From positions 155,820 through 219,819 of the forward strand of contig CADCGK010000012.1 of NCBI GenBank assembly GCA_902800965.1: a stretch of DNA of 64,000 bases, read 5' to 3'. This document shows positions 44,480-52,559 of this stretch, piece after piece. The position numbers and the translations under genes were made by a program. The stretch comes from an uncultured Bacteroidia bacterium (GTDB taxonomy: Bacteria > Bacteroidota > Bacteroidia > Bacteroidales > F082). Numbering within the stretch: the first letter of the stretch is position 1; every line of letters starts with the position of its first letter. Under the pieces are notes generated by a model. The model had not been told where the DNA came from, did no database searches, and saw nothing but the letters and a program-made list of their open reading frames with translations.

Positions 44480-44638
44480 ATGGACGTTCCTTTAGACGAC
44501 GTGAACTCGCAGTTCACATTTACCTACGACGATATCAAAGGCACCGTACACGTCGTGGATCATCTCACCGGTGAAGAATACGATTTATTAAAAGAAGATA
44601 CAGGCTGGTTTGACGCCGAGTTCAAGTTCGACGTTTAA
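44480..44638 (+). CDS. small acidic ORF (52 aa), hypothetical
   Basis: ATG at 44480 to TAA at 44636..44638, translating to MDVPLDDVNSQFTFTYDDIKGTVHVVDHLTGEEYDLLKEDTGWFDAEFKFDV. It is preceded by a TAATTTTG -7 box at 44446..44453. It is below the ORF-track length cutoff. Confidence 0.35.
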   Translation: MDVPLDDVNSQFTFTYDDIKGTVHVVDHLTGEEYDLLKEDTGWFDAEFKFDV

Positions 44639-44651
44639 CGACGGAATTGTT

Positions 44652-44671
44652 AACGGCGAATTTAACGAATT
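44652..44671. repeat. family 2 element, short fragment
   Basis: The sequence is AACGGCGAATTTAACGAATT, directly abutting the family 1 fragment. Confidence 0.55.
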
Positions 44672-44675
44672 CTCT

Positions 44676-44706
44676 CGTCATTGCGAAGAGAAACGACGGC
44701 TGTCGT
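44676..44706. repeat. family 1 element, short terminal fragment
   Basis: CGTCATTGCGAAGAGAAACGACGGCTGTCGT matches the CGTCATTGCGAGCGAAACG terminus, and the adjacent GACGACAGCCG flank seen at 8292..8302 is present here inverted. It is intergenic, 5 nt from the deiminase stop. Confidence 0.55.
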
Positions 44707-44710
44707 GCTC

Positions 44711-47008
44711 TTATTTTACCACTAATTTCCTGGTCTCCACAGCACCATTCTGGTTGATAATATTGACCAGATAGATGCCTTTGTTCCAGTTGACAGCGTC
44801 GATGCCAATCTCTTTGCCTTCAGCTTCGTAAACCTTCTGTCCCACAAGGTTATACACCTCCACCTTGGCCACATTCACGTTTTCCACGATGAACTGACCT
44901 GAGGTCGGGTTGGGATAGAGCTTTGTCTCGGCGGAGATTTCGGTGACGCTCACGAGTGTTTCATCGACTGTGACTGCAAATTCCAGTCTTCCATCACTTG
45001 ATTCCACGAAAACAAAAGTGGTAATTTGGCCTTTGGCGGTTTGGGCATTAGGCCTCACAGTGAATCGGAAAGATTCACCACCGCTTAAAGTATAAGGCAG
45101 TTCGTGTTCAGGAGTAATTTCCAAATAGGATATTCCTAAGGGATTCTCAACCTCGTAGATATCGGTAATCACAATAGGAGCACCCGTACCATAGTTGCCA
45201 TTGACCACGTAAGGAATGGCTTGGGGTTCGTTGACGGTCAACTCAACGACAGGAGCACCCGGGATATACAAGCCCATGTCATAGGCCTCACTGACCACCA
45301 TAGCCACCACATTCTTAGTTCCTACAGTGGTATTGATCTCAATATTGTATGCAAGATAATCGTCTTTCAATGGAGCATATTGCAGACCTACCACCACTGT
45401 GACGGACTCACCAGGTTGAAGCGTGACGGGAAGAGAAGGTTCCCAAATGTTCAGGGCACCACCTTCAGGTTCGATTTCCTGAATAGTGACCGCCTCGGTA
45501 TTATCGTTGATGATGGTAAAGGTTCTATCTTGACCCATCTGATCGAACCATAAGGTATCTGGAGTGATCACCACATTGCCTGAGGGATTGAAGCCTCCCA
45601 CGATGAATTGGTGGGGATCCAGTTCGGCAAATACCGGCTGAGTATAACGGTGATTCGACTCATCGGCGCCAAACACATAGTAGCTAATGGTGTCGCCACT
45701 TTGATAGCCAGTGATGTAGCCGACATATTCATCGGGATTGCCAGTAGTGGTCATGTGTGCCACCTGATAATCGTCACTATTGATTTTATAGTAAACAAGA
45801 AGTGAATCCTGCTTCAGCTCTTGTCCACTGTAAGCGATGAACTTGCTGACCACGGGATAGGCAGCCTGCCATTCCTGCTCACCATGAAGCACCTCGCGGT
45901 GATCCACAAACAGCATGTGGAAGTCCATCACGCCACGGGTACGGCAGTGGAGAGCATCGGTGTTTTCCCAGCTAATAGAGTAGTCGTAATTATAAACTGG
46001 AACAATATTGTAGCCTGGCATGGCCTGTTGATACACTTGGATGGCTTGGGTGTTATAGTTAGCAATGTCGCCCATGGGTACATATACCGATTTATTGAGG
46101 ATCAAACTATTGGTATAAGGAGCAAGGGTAGAACCGCCTGGTTCCTGGACACGATAGACCTTATAAGGATAACCCCAGCAGCAGTTGGTGGTCTCAAAGT
46201 ATTGGGCTACTTGTTCATAATATGGGTAACGCGGATTGCTTTGAGGCAACTGGGCAATCAAAATCTTGTCTGGAGCAAGGTATTTACCCCAGCAATCAAC
46301 GTGAGCAATGTAGTCACCTTGCGGGTCGATGGTGATATGATAGGGATCGATGCCGAGATACTCGCGCATCTTTTGACGTACATTGGGTTCGTTGTTGCCG
46401 TTTTCATTCAAAATAAGCTCATCACTCACACCGTGACCGCGGCCGTCTTCCATCATGTTGCCACCGGTGTGTTCCAAATTCATGCCGTACATCGGGATGT
46501 TCCAATAGTTGGCGAACACCTGCGACATGTTGTCATCGTTGGGACGTGGACGGTTGTAGCGATTATCGACAATGGCGGGATGACGGTCTTCAAAGATATA
46601 CCACGGACCGTAGTCGCGCACCCAGTAAGAATCGCTCGGGGCATTCACAAAGGTGACATTGCTCATGTTAACGCCGGCATTCTGGAAACTGTTTTGGGCA
46701 CTGCTCTGATAGGAAGAACTGACAATGCAATACACTTGACAGTTGTTTGCCAAATCCACCACGAGGCTGGTGGGGATGCCCAGGGGGTAACGGATCATAA
46801 CGCCCTGCATCGGCTCGAACTCGCCCACAAAACGCGGCTCACCTGTCGGAGGTGGGGTTTCAGTGAAGTTTTCATTTCTGACTGGAGTGTACATCTCTTC
46901 TTCAGAGAGATAGTGCCAACGTGCCCAGTCTGGTTTGCGGTTTTGGGCTTGAACTGTCATTACAGCAGCCAAAGCGATGATAGTGACAAAGGAGAAAAAT
47001 TTTTTCAT
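44711..47008 (-). CDS. Porphyromonas-type peptidylarginine/agmatine deiminase family protein with T9SS C-terminal sorting domain
   Basis: It has a signal peptide and the guanidino-modifying motifs YWVRDYGPWYIF, IAHVDCW, YTNSLILN and the catalytic-Cys context DALHCRTRG. About 300 aa of beta-rich repeats follow. The C-terminus is KLYPNPTSGQFIV...GIYLVNIINQNGAVETRKLVVK. Confidence 0.8.
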   Translation of the reverse strand: MKKFFSFVTIIALAAVMTVQAQNRKPDWARWHYLSEEEMYTPVRNENFTETPPPTGEPRFVGEFEPMQGVMIRYPLGIPTSLVVDLANNCQVYCIVSSSYQSSAQNSFQNAGVNMSNVTFVNAPSDSYWVRDYGPWYIFEDRHPAIVDNRYNRPRPNDDNMSQVFANYWNIPMYGMNLEHTGGNMMEDGRGHGVSDELILNENGNNEPNVRQKMREYLGIDPYHITIDPQGDYIAHVDCWGKYLAPDKILIAQLPQSNPRYPYYEQVAQYFETTNCCWGYPYKVYRVQEPGGSTLAPYTNSLILNKSVYVPMGDIANYNTQAIQVYQQAMPGYNIVPVYNYDYSISWENTDALHCRTRGVMDFHMLFVDHREVLHGEQEWQAAYPVVSKFIAYSGQELKQDSLLVYYKINSDDYQVAHMTTTGNPDEYVGYITGYQSGDTISYYVFGADESNHRYTQPVFAELDPHQFIVGGFNPSGNVVITPDTLWFDQMGQDRTFTIINDNTEAVTIQEIEPEGGALNIWEPSLPVTLQPGESVTVVVGLQYAPLKDDYLAYNIEINTTVGTKNVVAMVVSEAYDMGLYIPGAPVVELTVNEPQAIPYVVNGNYGTGAPIVITDIYEVENPLGISYLEITPEHELPYTLSGGESFRFTVRPNAQTAKGQITTFVFVESSDGRLEFAVTVDETLVSVTEISAETKLYPNPTSGQFIVENVNVAKVEVYNLVGQKVYEAEGKEIGIDAVNWNKGIYLVNIINQNGAVETRKLVVK

Positions 47009-47073
47009 GATATGGTGTTTGTAATTTCTTTCAGAGGCGCAAAGATAATAATTTTTATTTTTGTAGGTGAATT

Positions 47074-47481
47074 ATGAAAGCATCAATCTCATATCAGGAA
47101 CTGCAACGGCTCATTAGCGAGCAGACCCAACAACCTATCAGTTTTGAGTTTGTTGACAACAAGACAGTAAAAGTCTTGTATGAATTGAATCTCGGCATCA
47201 TGAGGAAAAAAGTCAGCATTGACTTGAAAGTGCTGGATATTGTCGGCACTGACCTACGGGTAAGATATGCTGGCGGATTCGGTATGGATGGCCTGGTCAG
47301 GATGGCGCTGAATATGATGAGAGACAAAATCCCAACAGGGCTGTTGGAGGAACTACCCAACAATGAACTGTTGGTTCATTTGGCTACTATCGACAAGATC
47401 AAACCCGTCTTCGAGCGCATCGATGTGAAGGATGTCAACATGCTCGCTGAAGCCTTGGAGGTGGTCGGGGACTTTAAATAA
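47074..47481 (+). CDS. hypothetical protein (135 aa), co-oriented with the PP2C sensor
   Basis: The ATG lies 11 nt after a TATTTTTG box (47056..47063). It shows no recognisable motif and ends 6 nt before the next gene. Confidence 0.5.
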   Translation: MKASISYQELQRLISEQTQQPISFEFVDNKTVKVLYELNLGIMRKKVSIDLKVLDIVGTDLRVRYAGGFGMDGLVRMALNMMRDKIPTGLLEELPNNELLVHLATIDKIKPVFERIDVKDVNMLAEALEVVGDFK

Positions 47482-47487
47482 TAGAAT

Positions 47488-49428
47488 ATGAAGATGATTT
47501 CCTTTTCCGGACGCATTACCCGACGGATTGTCCTGTCGATGCTACTGCTGATGTCTTTTATCTCCAGTCTGATATACTTGTTTGCCCAAAAAGAAATTAC
47601 GGATTTAACCAGCGTCCACTATCAGGACATTCTCGAAACCACCAATGACAAGGTGGAAGGAATGCTTGATAAAGTAGAGGTTTCTGCTGTGAACAACCTG
47701 GCAGAAATACAAGAGAGCTTGGAAACACCCGAAGAGATTCTCAATGCTTTGGAGAAGGAATTATTGCTGAATCCTCACATTGTAGGATATGGAGTTGGTT
47801 TCAATCCGGATTATTATCCGGAAAAGGGACGCTGGTTCGAACCATACGTCGCCAGACGTGACAATGGACAGATTGAGCGGCTGCAAATTGGGTCTGACCA
47901 ACACGACTACCTCAATGCCAAATGGTTTCGGGAGACATTGGAAACAGGTAAAGGCCAATGGTCGGATCCTTATTATGACGAAGCGGGAGCAAAGACCATT
48001 CTGTGCACCTTCTCTGCACCTGTCGTGGACAATGAAGGCAACACCGTCGGCGTATTCGGGGCCGACATTCCACTGCAATGGCTTTACGAGGAATTGTCTC
48101 GATTAAATGAACAAGTGAACCGGAAAAGCTATTTCAGAAAGAGGTTTGATAACGAACGGATCTATAGTTTCATCCTTGGTCGCGACGGTGTCTATATCGC
48201 TCATCCAGAAATGGAAAGGACCTTGACGGGGAGTTACTTCGACTTCGCGGGAACGGAGATGTCGGAAGAATATCGGCAGATCGGAGAAGAGATGCTGGCA
48301 GGAAAAAAGTCAAGCAAGACTACCTATATGGATGGAATCCGGTCCGTTGTCTATTACAGCCCATTGTCGCGAGCCGGATGGTCGATGGCTATCGTCGTTC
48401 CGACATCGGCATTGTATCGGCCAGGCAAAGTCATTGCGACCATCATCTTGCTCCTGATGGGCATCGGCCTGCTGGTGACCTCCCTCATCAGCGGCTTGTC
48501 AACCCGTAGAGCCACACGTCCCCTCAAATACTTGGCTACTTCCGCTGAGGAAATCGCCAAAGGCAACTTCAACACACCGCTTCCTGAAATCAAACAAAAC
48601 GACGAAATACGCCTATTGAGGGATTCTTTCGAGGACATGCAGCATTCGCTATCCTCATATATCGACAAGCTTACGACAGCTACCGCCCAACGTGCATCGC
48701 TGGAAAACGAACTGGATATCGCCCGCAAAATCCAGATGGCGATGCTGCCAAAGACCTATCCTCCTTATCCTGAACGGAACGACATTGACATCTATGGTAT
48801 GTTAACACCTGCCAAGGCGGTAGGCGGCGACATGTTTGACTTTGTCCTTCGCGATGATAAGCTGTTTTTCTGTGTTGGCGATGTCTCTGGAAAAGGACTT
48901 CCCAGTGCTTTGTGGATGGCGATGATTGTCGCGGTGTTCCGCACACAAGTCGCCAATGAGATTCGCCCAGAGAAGATCGTCACTACGCTCAATGATGCCT
49001 TGTCGGCAAGAAACGAGTTGATGATGTTCGCCACCTTCTTCCTGGGTGTTCTGGACCTCACTACGGGCGAACTGACCTACTGCAATGCGGGTCACGAAGC
49101 CCCACTCTTACTGGGTGGAGATCAACCGGAATTCTTGGACATTGAATCCAACATTCCTTTGGGTGTGATGGCTGAATGGAATTATAAAATGCAACAAAAA
49201 ACACTCGCCCCAGGCACGACCCTTTTCCTTTATACCGACGGATTGACAGAGGCGGAAGGCAAAGACCACGCTCAATTCGGAAAGGACAATGTGGTGGCTG
49301 TGCTTAACACCCCGTCAACAAGCGCTGAAATACTGATCGGGACGGTGACAGATGCCGTGCAGAATTTCGTCGGTGATGCCGAACAGAGCGACGACTTGAC
49401 GCTGTTTGCTATCAGCTACCGCAAGTAA
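47488..49428 (+). CDS. membrane sensor PP2C phosphatase (Cache-like periplasmic domain + HAMP + SpoIIE/PP2C)
   Basis: Two TM segments flank a Cache-like region of ~270 aa. A HAMP domain follows (ATRPLKYLATSAEEIAKGNF), then PP2C/SpoIIE motifs (GGDMFDF, VGDVSGKG, LYTDGLTEA, DDLTLF). Confidence 0.8.
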   Translation: MKMISFSGRITRRIVLSMLLLMSFISSLIYLFAQKEITDLTSVHYQDILETTNDKVEGMLDKVEVSAVNNLAEIQESLETPEEILNALEKELLLNPHIVGYGVGFNPDYYPEKGRWFEPYVARRDNGQIERLQIGSDQHDYLNAKWFRETLETGKGQWSDPYYDEAGAKTILCTFSAPVVDNEGNTVGVFGADIPLQWLYEELSRLNEQVNRKSYFRKRFDNERIYSFILGRDGVYIAHPEMERTLTGSYFDFAGTEMSEEYRQIGEEMLAGKKSSKTTYMDGIRSVVYYSPLSRAGWSMAIVVPTSALYRPGKVIATIILLLMGIGLLVTSLISGLSTRRATRPLKYLATSAEEIAKGNFNTPLPEIKQNDEIRLLRDSFEDMQHSLSSYIDKLTTATAQRASLENELDIARKIQMAMLPKTYPPYPERNDIDIYGMLTPAKAVGGDMFDFVLRDDKLFFCVGDVSGKGLPSALWMAMIVAVFRTQVANEIRPEKIVTTLNDALSARNELMMFATFFLGVLDLTTGELTYCNAGHEAPLLLGGDQPEFLDIESNIPLGVMAEWNYKMQQKTLAPGTTLFLYTDGLTEAEGKDHAQFGKDNVVAVLNTPSTSAEILIGTVTDAVQNFVGDAEQSDDLTLFAISYRK

Positions 49429-50734
49429 TTTTCGGTTCTGTGATTTCTTTCCCACAACAGAAGCGGTGAACGATCTGACGGTCGTCACCTAAATAGATGA
49501 TTCGCTCCAGACGCTCCAATAATGAATAGTTATCGTGATTCAGGTCACTGTCGTCAATGACAAGTGCATCGAACTCATAGCCAGGCTCGAAGCTACCTAC
49601 TTGTCCGAAGAAGTTCCCTGCCGACTTGGTGGCCATCCAGAAGGCTTCCGATAGGGTAAGGAACGGCTGCTCATGGTTCTGCTGATAGTGCATTTTGCTC
49701 ACCTGGATTGCATACACCATGATGCGAAAGAGATTTAAGTCGTGGCCTCCGCTGATGTCGCTGCCAAGTCCCACTTGCAATCCCTCGTCGAGAAAATGCC
49801 TGATAGGCGCCATACCCGAAGCCACATTAAGATTAGAGGTGGGACAATGAGCCACCATCACGTTGTTTTGTTTCATCAGCTCTAGCTCTTCGCCTTTGGT
49901 CCAAACGCAATGCGCCATCACGGTAGGCGTCTGACCGAAGAGGCAATAGCGGTTGTAGGCATCGCCGTAGCAGGTGCTGTCCTTTTCCAAGGTTTTCACT
50001 AAAGCAATTTCGTCCTGGTTTTCAGAAAGGTGCGATTGCACGGGTAGCTGATATTTTGCGGCCAATTCTCCACAGGCTTGGAGCATTTCTGGCGTACACG
50101 AAGGGATGAAACGGGGCGTGATGATCGGACCCACCAACATTTTTTCATCTCTAAATCCTAAATTATTGATTCTAAAATCATTAATTAGTTCCTCATACCC
50201 TTTCACCATCTCTTCCACCGACTCTTTTAGACTTTCCGGGCAGTTGCGGTTCATAGCTACCTTGCCTACCAAAGCTCCCATGCCCGCCTCTTTGAATAGT
50301 CGCATCAGCAGACGGGTACTTTCGGTATGGATGGTGGCGAACACACAAGCCCGCATGGTACCGAAACGCCACAAGTCGTGGACAAAGCGGCGGTACATCC
50401 GCTCAGCATAACCCAAGTCGGCATATTTCATCTCTTCGGGAAAGGTATAATTTTGGAGCCAAGGTAACAGTTCCAAATCCATTGCGAGACCTTGGTTGCG
50501 ATATTGCGGAGCATGCACATGCAAATCGTTCATAGCGGGAATCAGTAATCGGTCTCCGAAATCGATGACTTCTATATCTTCATTTCCCACTTTCCACTTT
50601 TCACATTCCTGTTCATTTTCCGCCACTCCTATTACCTGTCCATTGGCAGCTACAGCGATATAGCCATTTTCGAAAACCTCGAAACGGCTTTTCTCCTTTG
50701 TAAATAGGATATGAGCTTTATATATTGTCTTCAT
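49412..50734 (-). CDS. amidohydrolase family protein, guanine-deaminase-like
   Basis: The metal-binding motif NDLHVHAPQ is present, along with HLSEN and the later MVAHCPTSN and GLGSDISGG motifs typical of guanine deaminase/chlorohydrolases. The ATG is at 50734. Confidence 0.75.
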   Translation of the reverse strand: MKTIYKAHILFTKEKSRFEVFENGYIAVAANGQVIGVAENEQECEKWKVGNEDIEVIDFGDRLLIPAMNDLHVHAPQYRNQGLAMDLELLPWLQNYTFPEEMKYADLGYAERMYRRFVHDLWRFGTMRACVFATIHTESTRLLMRLFKEAGMGALVGKVAMNRNCPESLKESVEEMVKGYEELINDFRINNLGFRDEKMLVGPIITPRFIPSCTPEMLQACGELAAKYQLPVQSHLSENQDEIALVKTLEKDSTCYGDAYNRYCLFGQTPTVMAHCVWTKGEELELMKQNNVMVAHCPTSNLNVASGMAPIRHFLDEGLQVGLGSDISGGHDLNLFRIMVYAIQVSKMHYQQNHEQPFLTLSEAFWMATKSAGNFFGQVGSFEPGYEFDALVIDDSDLNHDNYSLLERLERIIYLGDDRQIVHRFCCGKEITEPKITCGS

Positions 50735-50746
50735 CAATTTATCACT

Positions 50747-51610
50747 TTAAAACGATTTCAGCCAATCCTTCAAGTCAGGCAAACTGTCGGCATTGATGAC
50801 GGGGGTACGGAACATTTCCTGTTCCGGAGCATCACCGATGGTGATTTGTTTTTTGTCTCTTTCTTCGATGAAATGCTTCAACTCTTCTTCAGAAACACCC
50901 ATCAACTGCATATTTTTGGCATTCTTCCAACGAACGTATGACGCGAGATAGTGATAATACTCCGCCTGGGAGTGGATGTGTGCCAAATGATTCCGGTATT
51001 CTTTGTCGTGCATTACCTTGGAACCCAGCGAATTGCCTGGACAGGCTTCAAGGTTTTGTATCATTCGGCTCCTGACGCGGTCTGTAGTATTGAGAAAATC
51101 ATCGTAAATCTCTTTTATGTTTTTGATATCGGCAAAGCACTGTCCCGTGTTTTCGATAAACTCAAAGATTCCTATGTTTTTCCATGTGTCGATCGAGTTG
51201 GAGAAGATATTCTCCGCCGATTGGTCATGGTTTAAAGTGTAATAGGCTGTAACATTATTAATACAGTAGAGGAGTTGGTTTTGGTCAACAAAGTCAAGGG
51301 AATCGATAGGTATGGCGAGAAGATAGGTGGCCAACGTATCGTTCCAACCCATGTGATCGGCGCATTGATCCAAATGGTTAGCGAAGGTCTCTATGTTACC
51401 CATCACCATCATGGCGGTCATCTTGCGGTCTTTGGCTGCATAACGATATAGCAGTAATGCATTAGTGCCGAAGGTGAGGACTATGGAGATGGAAATGCCA
51501 AGTACCGTGCGAAGCAGGCTTTTCCAGAAATCGTTTCGTCCATTATTCTTTGTCGGGGTTTCTGCGACATTGTTCAAGATGGCGTCTTGGGCATTATTGA
51601 TATCTTCCAT
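50747..51610 (-). CDS. single-pass membrane protein of unknown function
   Basis: 287 aa with one TM segment (LLRTVLGISISIVLTFGTNALLL) and no recognisable domain. Confidence 0.5.
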   Translation of the reverse strand: MEDINNAQDAILNNVAETPTKNNGRNDFWKSLLRTVLGISISIVLTFGTNALLLYRYAAKDRKMTAMMVMGNIETFANHLDQCADHMGWNDTLATYLLAIPIDSLDFVDQNQLLYCINNVTAYYTLNHDQSAENIFSNSIDTWKNIGIFEFIENTGQCFADIKNIKEIYDDFLNTTDRVRSRMIQNLEACPGNSLGSKVMHDKEYRNHLAHIHSQAEYYHYLASYVRWKNAKNMQLMGVSEEELKHFIEERDKKQITIGDAPEQEMFRTPVINADSLPDLKDWLKSF

Positions 51611-51671
51611 TTTTTTAAATCTTTAATCAATTGCGAAATTATGAAATAAATTTTGCATACAGTAAAATTTT

Positions 51672-52034
51672 TCAGCACCCTAACATCGCAGCTGGCGTAA
51701 TGTTCAAAGTGCGGCAAAGTAGGCGGGCGATTTTCAAGGTTGGTTCTGCCCTACCAGTCACATAGTCGTTGATTCGCGAAGGACTTACGCCGATAAGAAA
51801 AGCTAACTGCTTCTGTGTCATCTTTTTTTCTTCGAGCGACAATTCTATCAAATCGGCCACAGACGGCTTCTCGATGGGATAATGCTCCTTCTCGTATTCG
51901 ATTACGACATCCGACATCATCGTCAATTCGATGGCGTTGCGGTCGTTGGCGGGTGTCTCGTCCGTCACCAACGGTAACAATTCTTCGATTCTCTCCAATG
52001 CAAATTCGTACTGTTCTTTCGTGATCTTGCTCAT
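51672..52034 (-). CDS. higA: type II antitoxin HigA (XRE-family HTH)
   Basis: The C-terminal HTH is MTQKQLAFLIGVSPSRINDYVTGRAEPTLKIARLLCRTLN. It lies immediately downstream of a HigB-like toxin gene. Confidence 0.8.
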   Translation of the reverse strand: MSKITKEQYEFALERIEELLPLVTDETPANDRNAIELTMMSDVVIEYEKEHYPIEKPSVADLIELSLEEKKMTQKQLAFLIGVSPSRINDYVTGRAEPTLKIARLLCRTLNITPAAMLGC

Positions 52035-52046
52035 GTCGCTTTCCTC

Positions 52047-52346
52047 CTATATTGTTGAAACATCAATTTTGTCATAATCGCTATGGGTGCCCACAAACCG
52101 AATAAACACATGGCCTATCGTGAATTTCACCACCACCACAAGACGGTATTTGTTTCCCCTGATATTGAACACATAACGTTGATTCCCAACATAGTCCGTT
52201 GCCGGAAAATCAACCTTGATATCCGAAAGGTTTTTCCATTCTGCTTCTTCGGTGATTTCATACCAGCGTTCCAAGGCCGTCTTCGCATCGGAATGGCCTT
52301 CTGATTCGTAAAAATCGACCAATCTTTTATGTGATACGATTCTCAT
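52047..52346 (-). CDS. higB: type II toxin HigB (mRNA interferase)
   Basis: 99 aa, MRIVSHKRLVDFYE...FNIRGNKYRLVVVVKF...VFIRFVGTHSDYDKID, which is the typical HigB-2/RelE-fold pattern. Confidence 0.8.
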   Translation of the reverse strand: MRIVSHKRLVDFYESEGHSDAKTALERWYEITEEAEWKNLSDIKVDFPATDYVGNQRYVFNIRGNKYRLVVVVKFTIGHVFIRFVGTHSDYDKIDVSTI

Positions 52347-52469
52347 AGTGACTGCAAAAGTAGTAACTAATTTTGAAATACAATAAATTTTATTGAAAAA
52401 TTTTGTTTTTCGGGATTATTCCTTATCTCCTCAACAGATTTCGAGATTGCTTGATTGTCACATAGAAAT

Positions 52470-52497
52470 AAATCCCGCCATCGCTGACGGGATTTTT
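52470..52497. terminator. stem-loop with T-run downstream of the mutAB operon
   Basis: AAATCCCG-ccatcgctga-CGGGATTT is followed by TT. The T-run is stronger on the + strand, while the operon it follows is on the - strand, so its function is uncertain. Confidence 0.4.
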
Positions 52498-52511
52498 CAA
52501 ACCATTTCATG

Positions 52512-52546
52512 TCTGGTTGGATTGCTTCGCTGCGCTCGCAATGACG
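52512..52546. repeat. family 1 element, half copy
   Basis: TCTGGTTGGATTGCTTCGCTGCGCTCGCAATGACG is intergenic, 14 nt beyond the mutB stop. Confidence 0.75.
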
Positions 52547-52559
52547 CGAAGCGTGGCTA

